The notes beneath the pieces are model-generated. The model worked only from the letters and a program-made list of their open reading frames with translations, ran no database searches and was not told where the DNA came from. The translations under genes and the position numbers were made by a program. Below, in pieces: positions 25,399-38,330 of a DNA stretch of 64,000 bases; the first letter of the stretch is position 1; the number at the start of each line of letters is the position of its first letter. The stretch is taken from NCBI RefSeq assembly GCF_003334405.1, contig NZ_QOWM01000002.1; one strand, given 5' to 3'. Source of the DNA: Escherichia coli (GTDB lineage: Bacteria > Pseudomonadota > Gammaproteobacteria > Enterobacterales > Enterobacteriaceae).

Positions 25399-25992
25399 AT
25401 GACTTCTCTGTATTTAGCTTCCGGTTCTCCGCGTCGTCAGGAGTTACTTGCGCAACTTGGCGTGACCTTTGAACGTATTGTTACGGGCATTGAGGAGCAG
25501 CGTCAGCCGCAGGAGAGCGCGCAGCAGTATGTTGTGCGTCTGGCGCGCGAGAAAGCACGGGCAGGTGTCGCGCAAACGGCGAAGGATCTCCCGGTGCTGG
25601 GTGCGGATACTATCGTTATCCTGAACGGAGAAGTGCTGGAGAAACCGCGCGACGCAGAGCATGCGGCGCAGATGTTGCGCAAATTATCGGGTCAGACCCA
25701 TCAGGTGATGACAGCAGTGGCGTTGGCCGACAGCCAGCACATTCTCGATTGCCTGGTGGTCACCGATGTGACTTTCAGAACGTTAACAGACGAAGACATC
25801 GCGGGCTATGTCGCCAGCGATGAACCGTTAGATAAAGCAGGTGCATACGGTATTCAGGGGCTGGGTGGCTGTTTTGTCAGGAAGATAAATGGCAGCTATC
25901 ACGCCGTAGTCGGCTTACCGCTGGTTGAAACGTATGAATTATTAAGTAATTTTAACGCACTGCATGAGAAAAGGGATAAACATGACGGCTGA
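25399..25992 (+). CDS. yhdE: Maf-family nucleotide pyrophosphatase
   Basis: Starts [22 protein letters not shown] (ORF track begins 20 codons upstream at 25339). Confidence 0.9.
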   Translation: MTSLYLASGSPRRQELLAQLGVTFERIVTGIEEQRQPQESAQQYVVRLAREKARAGVAQTAKDLPVLGADTIVILNGEVLEKPRDAEHAAQMLRKLSGQTHQVMTAVALADSQHILDCLVVTDVTFRTLTDEDIAGYVASDEPLDKAGAYGIQGLGGCFVRKINGSYHAVVGLPLVETYELLSNFNALHEKRDKHDG

Positions 25993-27451
25993 ATTGTTAG
26001 TAAACGTAACGCCTTCGGAAACGCGAGTGGCGTATATTGATGGCGGTATTCTGCAGGAAATTCATATTGAACGTGAGGCGCGACGCGGAATAGTAGGCAA
26101 TATCTACAAGGGTCGTGTAAGTCGTGTACTTCCGGGTATGCAGGCGGCTTTTGTAGATATTGGGCTGGATAAAGCCGCGTTTCTTCATGCATCCGACATC
26201 ATGCCGCACACCGAATGTGTGGCGGGTGAAGAACAAAAGCAATTCACGGTGCGCGACATCTCGGAACTGGTTCGTCAGGGGCAAGATCTGATGGTGCAGG
26301 TGGTGAAAGATCCGCTTGGCACTAAAGGTGCGCGCCTGACCACCGATATCACGCTCCCTTCTCGCTATCTGGTGTTTATGCCAGGGGCTTCTCACGTTGG
26401 GGTTTCCCAACGTATTGAAAGCGAATCAGAACGTGAACGCCTGAAAAAAGTGGTCGCAGAGTATTGCGACGAGCAGGGCGGGTTTATCATCCGTACCGCA
26501 GCGGAAGGGGTTGGCGAGGCTGAACTGGCCTCCGATGCCGCTTATCTGAAACGCGTCTGGACCAAAGTTATGGAGCGTAAAAAACGCCCGCAGACCCGTT
26601 ATCAGCTGTACGGCGAACTGGCGCTGGCGCAGCGTGTTCTGCGTGATTTCGCCGATGCCGAACTGGACCGCATTCGCGTTGACTCACGCCTGACTTACGA
26701 AGCGTTACTTGAGTTCACCTCGGAGTACATTCCCGAGATGACAAGCAAGCTGGAGCATTACACAGGACGCCAGCCGATTTTCGATCTCTTTGATGTCGAA
26801 AACGAAATCCAGCGAGCGCTGGAACGCAAAGTAGAACTGAAATCCGGTGGTTATCTCATTATCGACCAGACCGAAGCGATGACCACCGTGGACATCAATA
26901 CCGGAGCGTTTGTCGGTCATCGCAATCTGGACGACACCATTTTCAATACCAATATTGAAGCGACGCAGGCTATCGCTCGCCAGTTACGGTTGCGTAATCT
27001 GGGCGGGATTATCATTATTGATTTCATCGATATGAATAATGAAGATCACCGCCGCCGAGTGCTGCACTCGCTGGAGCAGGCGTTGAGCAAAGACCGGGTG
27101 AAAACCAGCGTTAATGGTTTTTCGGCGCTGGGGCTGGTGGAGATGACGCGTAAACGCACCCGCGAAAGCATTGAGCACGTACTGTGTAACGAATGCCCAA
27201 CCTGCCACGGTCGCGGAACGGTGAAAACCGTGGAAACGGTATGCTATGAAATCATGCGCGAGATTGTTCGTGTCCACCATGCTTACGACTCCGACCGTTT
27301 CCTGGTCTATGCTTCTCCGGCAGTAGCTGAAGCCTTGAAAGGCGAAGAGTCACACTCGCTGGCGGAAGTGGAAATTTTCGTTGGCAAACAGGTTAAAGTA
27401 CAAATTGAACCGCTCTATAACCAGGAGCAGTTTGACGTCGTAATGATGTAA
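25982..27451 (+). CDS. rng: Ribonuclease G
   Basis: RNase E/G-family protein starting [22 protein letters not shown]; start overlaps the maf stop. Confidence 0.94.
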
Positions 27452-27518
27452 ACAGATGCTGGGCCGCCATCCGGCAAAGGGTTTTTGAGTCACATTTTTA
27501 GCAGACAAGGAGTGACGG

Positions 27519-30500
27519 GTGAGGCGATTGCCGGGGATTTTACTGCTTACTGGAGCCGCGCTCGTTGTGATCGCTGCCCTGCTGGTTAGCGGCCTGCGTA
27601 TTGCTTTACCGCATCTTGACGCCTGGCGTCCGGAAATCCTCAACAAAATAGAATCCGCGACTGGCATGCCGGTAGAAGCCAGTCAGCTCTCAGCCAGCTG
27701 GCAGAATTTTGGCCCGACGCTTGAAGCACACGACATCCGTGCAGAACTAAAAGATGGCGGCGAATTTTCGGTTAAACGCGTTACTCTGGCGCTGGATGTC
27801 TGGCAGAGCCTGTTACATATGCGCTGGCAGTTTCGCGACCTCACTTTCTGGCAGCTGCGCTTTCGCACCAACACTCCTATCACCAGCGGTGGTAGTGATG
27901 ACAGTCTGGAAGCCAGTCACATCAGCGATCTGTTTCTTCGTCAATTTGACCATTTCGATCTTCGCGACAGTGAAGTCAGTTTCCTGACGCCATCCGGTCA
28001 GCGCGCCGAGCTGGCGATCCCACAACTCACCTGGCTGAACGATCCACGTCGACACCGTGCGGAAGGCCTGGTAAGCCTCTCCAGCCTTACCGGACAGCAC
28101 GGCGTGATGCAGGTGCGCATGGATTTGCGCGATGATGAGGGGTTGTTAAGCAATGGTCGCGTCTGGCTCCAGGCGGATGACATCGACCTGAAGCCGTGGC
28201 TCGGTAAATGGATGCAGGACAATATTGCGCTGGAAACGGCACAGTTCTCCCTTGAAGGCTGGATGACGATCGACAAAGGCGATGTAACCGGCGGTGACGT
28301 CTGGCTGAAACAGGGCGGTGCCAGCTGGTTGGGCGAGAAGCAAACGCATACGCTGTCGGTGGATAATCTGACCGCGCATATTACGCGTGAAAATCCGGGC
28401 TGGCAGTTCTCTATTCCCGATACACGGATCACGATGGACGGCAAACCCTGGCCGAGCGGAGCATTGACGCTGGCCTGGATACCGGAACAGGACGTTGGCG
28501 GCAAAGACAATAAACGCAGTGACGAACTCCGGATTCGCGCCAGTAATCTGGAGCTGGCAGGCCTGGAGGGCATACGCCCGCTGGCCGCGAAACTTTCACC
28601 TGCACTGGGTGATGTTTGGCGCTCCACACAACCGAGCGGCAAGATTAACACTCTGGCGCTGGATATCCCGCTTCAGGCGGCAGACAAGACCCGTTTTCAG
28701 GCATCGTGGAGCGATCTGGCCTGGAAGCAATGGAAATTATTACCGGGTGCGGAACACTTCTCCGGGACGCTTTCCGGCAGCGTTGAAAATGGTTTGCTTA
28801 CCGCGTCGATGAAGCAGGCAAAGATGCCTTACGAAACGGTATTCCGTGCGCCACTAGAAATCGCCGACGGCCAGGCAACTATAAGCTGGCTGAACAATAA
28901 CAAAGGTTTCCAGCTGGATGGGCGTAATATTGACGTTAAAGCCAAAGCCGTCCATGCGCGCGGCGGTTTTCGTTACCTGCAACCTGCTAACGATGAACCC
29001 TGGCTGGGTATTCTGGCTGGCATCAGTACCGATGATGGTTCACAAGCCTGGCGCTATTTCCCGGAAAACTTGATGGGTAAAGACCTGGTTGATTACTTAA
29101 GTGGCGCGATTCAGGGCGGTGAAGCGGATAACGCGACGCTGGTTTATGGTGGCAATCCGCAACTCTTCCCCTATAAACACAACGAAGGTCAGTTTGAAGT
29201 GCTGGTGCCGCTGCGCAACGCGAAGTTTGCCTTCCAGCCGGACTGGCCTGCATTAACTAACCTTGATATTGAACTGGACTTTATTAACGACGGTTTATGG
29301 ATGAAAACCGATGGCGTTAATCTGGGCGGCGTGCGCGCGAGTAATCTTACCGCAGTGATCCCTGACTACTCAAAAGAAAAACTGCTGATTGACGCTGACA
29401 TTAAAGGTCCGGGTAAAGCCGTTGGCCCTTACTTTGATGAGACACCGCTGAAAGATTCTCTGGGTGCGACCCTGCAAGAACTCCAGCTCGACGGCGATGT
29501 GAATGCTCGCTTACATCTTGATATCCCGCTGAACGGCGAACTGGTAACCGCGAAAGGTGAAGTGACGCTGCGTAATAACAGTCTGTTTATCAAACCACTC
29601 GACAGCACCCTGAAAAATTTGAGCGGTAAATTCAGCTTTATCAATAGCGATCTGCAAAGTGAACCACTGACAGCAAGCTGGTTTAATCAGCCGTTGAACG
29701 TGGATTTTTCCACCAAAGAAGGGGCAAAAGCCTACCAGGTAGCGGTAAACCTCAACGGTAACTGGCAACCGGCGAAAACCGGCGTTCTGCCTGAAGCGGT
29801 GAACGAAGCATTGAGTGGCAGCGTGGCGTGGGATGGTAAAGTGGGCATTGATCTGCCTTATCATGCTGGTGCGACCTATAACATAGAGCTGAACGGCGAT
29901 CTAAAGAATGTGAGCAGTCACTTACCTTCACCGTTAGCCAAACCTGCGGGTGAACCACTAGCGGTAAACGTTAAGGTTGATGGCAATCTCAACAGCTTTG
30001 AATTAACCGGACAGGCTGGTGCGGATAATCATTTCAATAGCCGCTGGTTGCTCGGTCAAAAGCTGACGCTCGATCGTGCTATTTGGGCGGCAGACAGTAA
30101 AACGCTCCCGCCGTTGCCGGAACAAAGTGGCGTTGAACTCAATATGCCGCCGATGAATGGTGCCGAGTGGCTGGCCCTGTTCCAGAAAGGCGCTGCGGAG
30201 AGTGTCGGTGGTGCAGCGAGTTTCCCACAACACATAACGTTACGTACGCCTATGTTGTCACTGGGAAATCAGCAATGGAATAACCTGAGTATTGTTTCGC
30301 AACCGACGGCAAATGGCACCCTGGTTGAAGCGCAAGGGCGTGAAATCAACGCCACGCTAGCGATGCGTAATAACGCGCCGTGGCTGGCGAATATCAAATA
30401 TCTTTATTACAACCCGAGCGTGGCGAAAACTCGTGGTGATTCAACGCCGTCATCACCTTTCCCGACAACGGAGCGCATTAACTTCCGTGGCTGGCCGGAC

Positions 30501-31319
30501 GCCCAAATACGATGCACAGAGTGCTGGTTCTGGGGGCAAAAATTCGGTCGCATTGACAGTGATATCACCATTTCTGGCGATACGTTAACGCTGACCAATG
30601 GACTGATTGATACTGGTTTCTCGCGGCTTACTGCCGATGGTGAATGGGTTAATAATCCGGGGAATGAACGTACCTCGCTGAAAGGAAAACTGCGCGGGCA
30701 GAAAATTGATGCCGCCGCAGAATTTTTTGGTGTCACGACGCCCATACGCCAGTCGTCATTTAATGTGGATTACGATTTACACTGGCGCAAAGCACCCTGG
30801 CAGCCAGATGAAGCGACGTTGAATGGCATCATTCATACTCAACTGGGTAAAGGCGAAATTACCGAAATCAATACCGGACATGCCGGGCAATTGCTGCGCT
30901 TATTGAGCGTAGATGCCCTGATGCGTAAGCTGCGTTTTGATTTCAGAGACACTTTTGGCGAAGGGTTCTATTTTGACTCCATTCGCAGCACCGCGTGGAT
31001 TAAAGACGGCGTTATGCACACCGACGACACGCTGGTGGATGGCCTGGAGGCGGATATCGCCATGAAAGGGTCGGTAAATCTGGTACGTCGCGACCTGAAT
31101 ATGGAAGCGGTTGTCGCACCAGAGATTTCTGCGACGGTGGGCGTGGCTGCGGCTTTTGCGGTTAACCCCATTGTTGGCGCGGCAGTGTTTGCCGCCAGTA
31201 AAGTGCTGGGGCCGCTGTGGAGCAAAGTCTCCATTTTGCGCTATCACATTTCGGGTCCGCTGGACGATCCGCAAATCAACGAAGTGTTGCGCCAACCGCG
31301 TAAAGAAAAAGCGCAATGA
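27519..31319 (+). CDS. yhdP: AsmA-like large envelope-spanning protein
   Basis: 1266-aa ORF with a single N-terminal TM helix and long beta-rich periplasmic region. Confidence 0.9.
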   Translation: MRRLPGILLLTGAALVVIAALLVSGLRIALPHLDAWRPEILNKIESATGMPVEASQLSASWQNFGPTLEAHDIRAELKDGGEFSVKRVTLALDVWQSLLHMRWQFRDLTFWQLRFRTNTPITSGGSDDSLEASHISDLFLRQFDHFDLRDSEVSFLTPSGQRAELAIPQLTWLNDPRRHRAEGLVSLSSLTGQHGVMQVRMDLRDDEGLLSNGRVWLQADDIDLKPWLGKWMQDNIALETAQFSLEGWMTIDKGDVTGGDVWLKQGGASWLGEKQTHTLSVDNLTAHITRENPGWQFSIPDTRITMDGKPWPSGALTLAWIPEQDVGGKDNKRSDELRIRASNLELAGLEGIRPLAAKLSPALGDVWRSTQPSGKINTLALDIPLQAADKTRFQASWSDLAWKQWKLLPGAEHFSGTLSGSVENGLLTASMKQAKMPYETVFRAPLEIADGQATISWLNNNKGFQLDGRNIDVKAKAVHARGGFRYLQPANDEPWLGILAGISTDDGSQAWRYFPENLMGKDLVDYLSGAIQGGEADNATLVYGGNPQLFPYKHNEGQFEVLVPLRNAKFAFQPDWPALTNLDIELDFINDGLWMKTDGVNLGGVRASNLTAVIPDYSKEKLLIDADIKGPGKAVGPYFDETPLKDSLGATLQELQLDGDVNARLHLDIPLNGELVTAKGEVTLRNNSLFIKPLDSTLKNLSGKFSFINSDLQSEPLTASWFNQPLNVDFSTKEGAKAYQVAVNLNGNWQPAKTGVLPEAVNEALSGSVAWDGKVGIDLPYHAGATYNIELNGDLKNVSSHLPSPLAKPAGEPLAVNVKVDGNLNSFELTGQAGADNHFNSRWLLGQKLTLDRAIWAADSKTLPPLPEQSGVELNMPPMNGAEWLALFQKGAAESVGGAASFPQHITLRTPMLSLGNQQWNNLSIVSQPTANGTLVEAQGREINATLAMRNNAPWLANIKYLYYNPSVAKTRGDSTPSSPFPTTERINFRGWPDAQIRCTECWFWGQKFGRIDSDITISGDTLTLTNGLIDTGFSRLTADGEWVNNPGNERTSLKGKLRGQKIDAAAEFFGVTTPIRQSSFNVDYDLHWRKAPWQPDEATLNGIIHTQLGKGEITEINTGHAGQLLRLLSVDALMRKLRFDFRDTFGEGFYFDSIRSTAWIKDGVMHTDDTLVDGLEADIAMKGSVNLVRRDLNMEAVVAPEISATVGVAAAFAVNPIVGAAVFAASKVLGPLWSKVSILRYHISGPLDDPQINEVLRQPRKEKAQ

Positions 31320-31334
31320 TTTGACGAGGGCGCG

Positions 31335-31800
31335 TAATTGCCCCAATCTCATAGGATAATCGTTGCCAAAGGCCAACGAGCCAGAACATAACCGTAGGTC
31401 GGATAGGGCGTTCACGCCGCATCCGGCAGCCGTTGCCTGATGCGACGCTGTGCGTCTTATCAGGCCTACAAACGGAACATAACCGTAGGTCGGATAAGGC
31501 GTTTACGCCGCATCCGGCAGCCGTTGCCTGATGCGACGCTGTGCGTCTTATCAGGCCTACAAACGGAACATAACCGTAGGTCGGATAAGGCGTTTACGCC
31601 GCATCCGGCAGCCGTTGCCTGATGCGACGCTGTGCGTCTTATCAGGCCTACAAACGGAACATAACCGTAGGTCGGATAAGGCGTTTACGCCGCATCCGAC
31701 AGCCGTTGCCTGATGCGACGCTGTGCGTCTTATCAGGCCTACAAACCGGAACATAACCGTAGGCTGGATAGGGCGTTCACGCCGCATCCGGCAGCCGTAA
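31335..31800. repeat. REP/BIME cluster: about 5 tandem copies of a ~91-bp unit, each with two REP palindromes
   Basis: Unit GAACATAACCGTAGGTCGGATAAGGCGTTTACGCCGCATCCGGCAGCCGTTGCCTGATGCGACGCTGTGCGTCTTATCAGGCCTACAAACG recurs at 31384, 31475, 31566, 31657 and 31749. Confidence 0.88.
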
Positions 31801-31824
31801 AAAATCCTCTACTGCAGTAACTAA

Positions 31825-33285
<1,461 letters not shown>

Positions 33286-33335
33286 TAATTTCACTATTTT
33301 CAGAAGGATAATTAATCTTTCTACGTGCACGAACG

Positions 33336-33379
33336 GTCCCCTCGCCCCTTTGGGGTGAGGGTTAGGGTGAGGGGAACCC
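33336..33379. repeat. GC-rich imperfect palindrome (CCCCTCGCCCC...GGTGAGGGG family)
   Basis: TCCCCTCGCCCCTTTGGGGTGAGGGTTAGGGTGAGGGGAACCC between convergent tldD and aaeR; related copy at 51192-51221. Confidence 0.45.
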
Positions 33380-33418
33380 GTTGGCACAGGTTTGTACAAC
33401 GTAACAGTACAATATGAA

Positions 33419-34348
33419 TTACTTCTCTTTCCCGCGCCCGTGCATCTCCTGAAACAATTTACCGACCTCAACAAAATAATCCGTCAGCGAGTTGATCACG
33501 ACCTGTACCTTCAGCGGCAGCTTATCTTTTTCGGTATATAACGCATAAACCGGGCGTGGATCTGACTGGTAACGCGGCAGCAGGATCTCCAGCTCCCCAC
33601 GATTGATCTCGTTGATCACCCACATCAGCGGCACGTAGGCGATCCCGGCACCCGCCGTCAGCCAGCGCACCAGCGTCATCGGATCATTAGTCACAAATCT
33701 TCCTTGTGGGATCAGGCGAGTCGAGATCCCTTCCGGTGCGATCAGTTCAAATTCATTGTCGGGCCGCACGCTGTATTCAAGCCATGAATGACTACTCAAA
33801 TCGGCGGGTTTTTCCGGTATGCCGTATTGTGTGAGATAGCTTTTCGCGGCGCACACCACCATTGGCATCGCGCCCAGACGGCGGGAAAACAGGCTGGAAT
33901 CCTGCAACGCGCCGACGCGGATCACCACATCCAGACCGTCGGCAATCAGGTCGGGGGCTGGAATTCCGGTAACCAGATTGACGCTCAAACCTGGGTATTC
34001 TTTCAGCATTTTGGCTGTCAGCCCGGCGAGAACATTTTGTGCCATAGTTGAAGAACAGCCAATGCGTAGCGTCCCGATGGGGGTGTTATTGAAGGCATAC
34101 AGTTGCTCATGAACATCCTGCACTTCATGAAGCATACGACGGCAGCCCTGGTAGTAAATTCTACCGGCTTCGGTCAGGCCAATGCTGCGTGTGCTACGGT
34201 TTAACAGCTTTACCTGCAACTCATCTTCCAGTTTTGATACCGTCTGACTGATGGACGAAACGCTCATCTGTAGCTGTCTGGCGGCGGCGGTAAAAGAGCC
34301 AAATTCAACTACTTTGGCAAACACCGACATGCGTTTTAGTCGTTCCAT
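33419..34348 (-). CDS. aaeR: LysR-family transcriptional regulator
   Basis: 309-aa ORF with N-terminal LysR HTH; divergent from aaeXAB. Confidence 0.9.
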   Translation of the reverse strand: MERLKRMSVFAKVVEFGSFTAAARQLQMSVSSISQTVSKLEDELQVKLLNRSTRSIGLTEAGRIYYQGCRRMLHEVQDVHEQLYAFNNTPIGTLRIGCSSTMAQNVLAGLTAKMLKEYPGLSVNLVTGIPAPDLIADGLDVVIRVGALQDSSLFSRRLGAMPMVVCAAKSYLTQYGIPEKPADLSSHSWLEYSVRPDNEFELIAPEGISTRLIPQGRFVTNDPMTLVRWLTAGAGIAYVPLMWVINEINRGELEILLPRYQSDPRPVYALYTEKDKLPLKVQVVINSLTDYFVEVGKLFQEMHGRGKEK

Positions 34349-34530
34349 TATTCACTCTGACTTAAAAGTGATTTAGATCACATAATATAGATAACAGCAT
34401 AACAGTTACGCTAATATATTAAATATCAATCTACAGCAATGTTGCTCTCGCCCGGCTTTCCATGCCCTTCTCTGCGGCGACAGATGCTGAAAATAATAAC
34501 GCCTGCTCTCTCTTTACAACCAAGGTCAAC

Positions 34531-34734
34531 ATGAGTCTGTTTCCCGTTATCGTGGTGTTTGGGCTGTCCTTCCCACCGATATTTTTTGAATTGCTTTTAT
34601 CACTGGCGATTTTCTGGCTGGTGCGCCGGGTACTTGTGCCAACAGGTATCTACGACTTTGTCTGGCATCCGGCGTTGTTCAACACCGCGCTCTATTGCTG
34701 CTTGTTTTATTTGATATCGCGACTGTTCGTTTGA
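34531..34734 (+). CDS. aaeX: Small membrane protein AaeX
   Basis: 67-aa hydrophobic ORF starting [23 protein letters not shown], directly upstream of aaeA. Confidence 0.8.
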
Positions 34735-34741
34735 GGTTGAA

Positions 34742-35674
34742 GTGAAAACACTAATAAGAAAATTCTCCCGTACGGCCATCACGGTCGTATTAGTCATTCT
34801 GGCCTTCATCGCAATTTTTAATGCCTGGGTCTATTACACCGAATCCCCCTGGACGCGTGACGCGCGCTTTAGCGCTGACGTCGTTGCGATCGCGCCGGAC
34901 GTTTCTGGACTCATTACCCAGGTGAATGTTCATGATAACCAGCTGGTGAAAAAAGGACAGATACTGTTCACCATCGACCAGCCGCGCTATCAAAAGGCGC
35001 TTGAGGAAGCGCAAGCCGATGTTGCTTATTATCAGGTACTGGCACAGGAGAAACGCCAGGAGGCCGGACGTCGTAACCGTCTCGGTGTGCAGGCGATGTC
35101 TCGCGAAGAGATCGACCAGGCCAACAACGTACTACAAACGGTTCTGCATCAGTTAGCGAAAGCGCAGGCGACCCGCGATCTGGCAAAACTGGATCTTGAA
35201 CGCACGGTGATCCGCGCGCCAGCAGATGGCTGGGTGACCAACCTCAACGTCTATACCGGTGAGTTTATTACTCGAGGATCAACGGCGGTTGCGCTGGTGA
35301 AACAGAACTCCTTCTATGTACTGGCCTATATGGAAGAAACTAAGCTGGAAGGGGTGCGTCCGGGGTATCGTGCAGAGATCACGCCGCTTGGCAGTAACAA
35401 AGTGCTGAAAGGGACTGTTGATAGTGTTGCCGCAGGGGTCACCAACGCCAGCAGCACGCGTGACGACAAAGGGATGGCGACTATAGACTCTAACCTTGAA
35501 TGGGTGCGTCTTGCGCAACGTGTTCCGGTTCGTATTCGTCTCGACAACCAGCAAGAGAACATCTGGCCTGCGGGCACCACTGCTACAGTGGTGGTCACTG
35601 GCAAACAAGATCGCGACGAAAGCCAGGATTCGTTCTTCCGTAAAATGGCCCATCGCCTGCGTGAGTTTGGTTAA
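34742..35674 (+). CDS. aaeA: Aromatic carboxylic acid efflux pump, membrane-fusion subunit
   Basis: 310-aa ORF with N-terminal TM anchor and HlyD-like coiled-coil/barrel region. Confidence 0.9.
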
Positions 35675-35679
35675 TCACG

Positions 35680-37647
35680 ATGGGTATTTTCTCCATTGCT
35701 AACCAACATATTCGCTTTGCGGTAAAACTGGCGACCGCCATTGTACTGGCGCTGTTTGTTGGCTTTCACTTCCAGCTGGAAACGCCACGCTGGGCGGTAC
35801 TGACAGCGGCGATTGTTGCCGCCGGTCCGGCCTTTGCTGCGGGAGGTGAACCGTATTCTGGCGCTATTCGCTATCGTGGCTTTTTGCGCATCATCGGCAC
35901 ATTTATTGGCTGTATTGCCGGACTGGTGATCATCATTGCGATGATCCGCGCACCATTATTGATGATTCTGGTGTGCTGTATCTGGGCCGGTTTTTGTACC
36001 TGGATATCCTCGCTGGTACGAATAGAAAACTCGTATGCGTGGGGGCTGGCCGGTTATACCGCGCTGATCATTGTGATCACCATTCAGCCGGAACCATTGC
36101 TTACGCCGCAGTTTGCCGTCGAACGTTGTAGCGAGATCGTTATCGGTATTGTGTGTGCGATTATGGCGGATTTGCTCTTTTCTCCGCGATCGATCAAACA
36201 AGAAGTGGATCGAGAGCTGGAAAGTTTGCTGGTCGCGCAATATCAATTAATGCAACTCTGTATCAAGCATGGCGATGGTGAAGTTGTCGATAAAGCCTGG
36301 GGCGACCTGGTGCGACGCACCACGGCGCTACAAGGCATGCGCAGCAACCTGAATATGGAATCTTCCCGCTGGGCGCGGGCCAATCGACGTTTAAAAGCGA
36401 TCAATACGCTATCGCTGACGCTGATTACCCAATCCTGCGAAACTTATCTTATTCAGAATACGCGCCCGGAATTGATCACTGATACTTTCCGCGAATTTTT
36501 TGACACGCCGGTAGAAACCGCGCAGGACGTCCACAAGCAGCTCAAACGCCTGCGGAGAGTTATCGCCTGGACCGGGGAACGGGAAACGCCTGTCACCATT
36601 TATAGCTGGGTCGCGGCGGCAACGCGTTATCAGCTTCTCAAGCGCGGCGTTATCAGTAACACAAAAATCAACGCCACCGAAGAAGAGATCCTGCAAGGCG
36701 AACCGGAAGTAAAAGTAGAGTCAGCCGAACGTCATCATGCAATGGTTAACTTCTGGCGAACCACACTTTCCTGCATTCTGGGCACGCTTTTCTGGCTGTG
36801 GACGGGCTGGACTTCCGGCAGTGGTGCAATGGTGATGATTGCGGTAGTGACGTCACTGGCAATGCGTTTGCCGAATCCACGCATGGTGGCGATCGACTTT
36901 ATCTACGGGACGCTGGCCGCGCTGCCGTTAGGGCTGCTCTACTTTTTGGTGATTATCCCTAATACCCAACAGAGCATGTTGCTGCTGTGCATTAGCCTGG
37001 CAGTGCTGGGATTCTTCCTCGGTATAGAAGTACAGAAACGGCGACTGGGCTCGATGGGGGCACTGGCCAGCACCATAAATATTATCGTGCTGGATAACCC
37101 GATGACTTTCCATTTCAGTCAGTTTCTCGACAGCGCATTAGGGCAAATCGTCGGCTGTGTGCTCGCGTTCACCGTTATTTTGCTGGTGCGGGATAAATCG
37201 CGCGACAGGACCGGACGTGTACTGCTTAATCAGTTTGTTTCTGCCGCTGTTTCCGCGATGACTACCAATGTGGCACGTCGTAAAGAGAACCACCTCCCGG
37301 CACTTTATCAGCAGCTGTTTTTGCTGATGAATAAGTTCCCAGGGGATTTGCCGAAATTTCGCCTGGCGCTGACGATGATTATCGCGCACCAGCGCCTGCG
37401 TGATGCACCGATCCCGGTTAACGAGGATTTATCGGCGTTTCACCGACAAATGCGCCGCACAGCAGACCATGTGATATCTGCCCGTAGCGATGATAAACGT
37501 CGTCGGTACTTTGGCCAGTTGCTGGAAGAACTGGAAATCTACCAGGAAAAGCTACGCATCTGGCAAGCGCCACCGCAGGTGACGGAACCGGTAAATCGGC
37601 TGGCGGGGATGCTCCATAAGTATCAACATGCGTTGACCGATAGTTAA
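35680..37647 (+). CDS. aaeB: Aromatic carboxylic acid efflux pump, inner-membrane subunit
   Basis: 655-aa polytopic ORF immediately downstream of aaeA. Confidence 0.9.
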   Translation: MGIFSIANQHIRFAVKLATAIVLALFVGFHFQLETPRWAVLTAAIVAAGPAFAAGGEPYSGAIRYRGFLRIIGTFIGCIAGLVIIIAMIRAPLLMILVCCIWAGFCTWISSLVRIENSYAWGLAGYTALIIVITIQPEPLLTPQFAVERCSEIVIGIVCAIMADLLFSPRSIKQEVDRELESLLVAQYQLMQLCIKHGDGEVVDKAWGDLVRRTTALQGMRSNLNMESSRWARANRRLKAINTLSLTLITQSCETYLIQNTRPELITDTFREFFDTPVETAQDVHKQLKRLRRVIAWTGERETPVTIYSWVAAATRYQLLKRGVISNTKINATEEEILQGEPEVKVESAERHHAMVNFWRTTLSCILGTLFWLWTGWTSGSGAMVMIAVVTSLAMRLPNPRMVAIDFIYGTLAALPLGLLYFLVIIPNTQQSMLLLCISLAVLGFFLGIEVQKRRLGSMGALASTINIIVLDNPMTFHFSQFLDSALGQIVGCVLAFTVILLVRDKSRDRTGRVLLNQFVSAAVSAMTTNVARRKENHLPALYQQLFLLMNKFPGDLPKFRLALTMIIAHQRLRDAPIPVNEDLSAFHRQMRRTADHVISARSDDKRRRYFGQLLEELEIYQEKLRIWQAPPQVTEPVNRLAGMLHKYQHALTDS

Positions 37648-37650
37648 GTC

Positions 37651-37680
37651 AAAACCGACGCCAAAAGCGTCGGTTTTTTC
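37651..37680 (+). terminator. Rho-independent terminator after aaeB
   Basis: AAAACCGACGCCAAAAGCGTCGGTTTTTTC hairpin plus T-run. Confidence 0.65.
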
Positions 37681-37738
37681 ATGGCTATACTTAGCGATGC
37701 ACGGCAGAACTCGCCGCGAAACGTGACGGTGGCAACAG

Positions 37739-38011
37739 ATGAATATTTATACCTTTGATTTTGATGAGATTGAGAGTCAGGAGGATTTTTATCGTGACTT
37801 TAGCCAAACCTTTGGTCTGGCGAAAGATAAGGTACGCGATCTCGACTCACTATGGGATGTGTTAATGAACGATGTCCTGCCGCTACCACTTGAGATTGAA
37901 TTTGTTCATCTGGGAGAGAAAACGCGTCGCCGTTTTGGCGCGTTAATATTGCTGTTTGATGAGGCAGAGGAAGAGCTGGAAGGGCATTTGCGTTTTAATG
38001 TTCGTCATTAG
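37739..38011 (+). CDS. yhcO: Barstar-like (ribonuclease inhibitor family) protein
   Basis: 90-aa acidic [30 protein letters not shown]..., recognised as barstar family; no barnase-like ORF adjacent. Confidence 0.8.
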   Translation: MNIYTFDFDEIESQEDFYRDFSQTFGLAKDKVRDLDSLWDVLMNDVLPLPLEIEFVHLGEKTRRRFGALILLFDEAEEELEGHLRFNVRH

Positions 38012-38012
38012 C

Positions 38013-38040
38013 GCAAAAAAAAGCCCCCGAACCGGGGGCA
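38013..38040 (-). terminator. Terminator hairpin after yhcN
   Basis: A8 run plus hairpin GCCCCCGAACCGGGGGC on the + strand, which is hairpin plus T-run on the - strand. Confidence 0.45.
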
Positions 38041-38066
38041 ATATCGTCGGACAAGACGATGAGGGT

Positions 38067-38330
38067 TTATTTGTACAGTTCAGCCGTAGCGTGCCAGGTG
38101 TCACCGCTACGAGCTTCAGTAATCTGGTAGGCCGTTGCGCCTTTCTCTTCCGCTTTTTTGTTCAGCATTTCACGCATATCCATTGGCGAAGACGCCACAC
38201 CACTTACGGATACGGTCCCGATTGCTTCACGATTTTGTGCTTGTGCAGCATCAATGGAGTCGGCAGCGAATGCACCGAAAGAGAGAACAGAAAGTACGCT
38301 TAATGCAGCAACAGTGGTTTTGATTTTCAT
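38067..38330 (-). CDS. yhcN: Small periplasmic stress-response protein (DUF1471/YdgH-BhsA family)
   Basis: 87-aa ORF from MKIKTTVAALSVLSVLSFGAFA signal peptide (ORF track extends 17 codons upstream). Confidence 0.8.
   Translation of the reverse strand: MKIKTTVAALSVLSVLSFGAFAADSIDAAQAQNREAIGTVSVSGVASSPMDMREMLNKKAEEKGATAYQITEARSGDTWHATAELYK

Noticed and set aside
27998-28651. 217-aa ORF on the minus strand
   Set aside because: Lies inside the 1266-aa yhdP coding sequence on the opposite strand; no independent support.
31440-31713. Two identical 60-aa ORFs (31440-31622 and 31531-31713, + strand) and a 76-aa ORF on the minus strand
   Set aside because: They lie entirely within the tandem REP/BIME repeat array; identical translations are a by-product of the repeated DNA, with no RBS or coding-like composition.
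31335-31800. Possible CRISPR array (regularly spaced repeats)
   Set aside because: The period is ~91 bp with no unique spacers, since the whole unit repeats, and there are no cas genes nearby. The palindromes match REP elements rather than CRISPR repeats.
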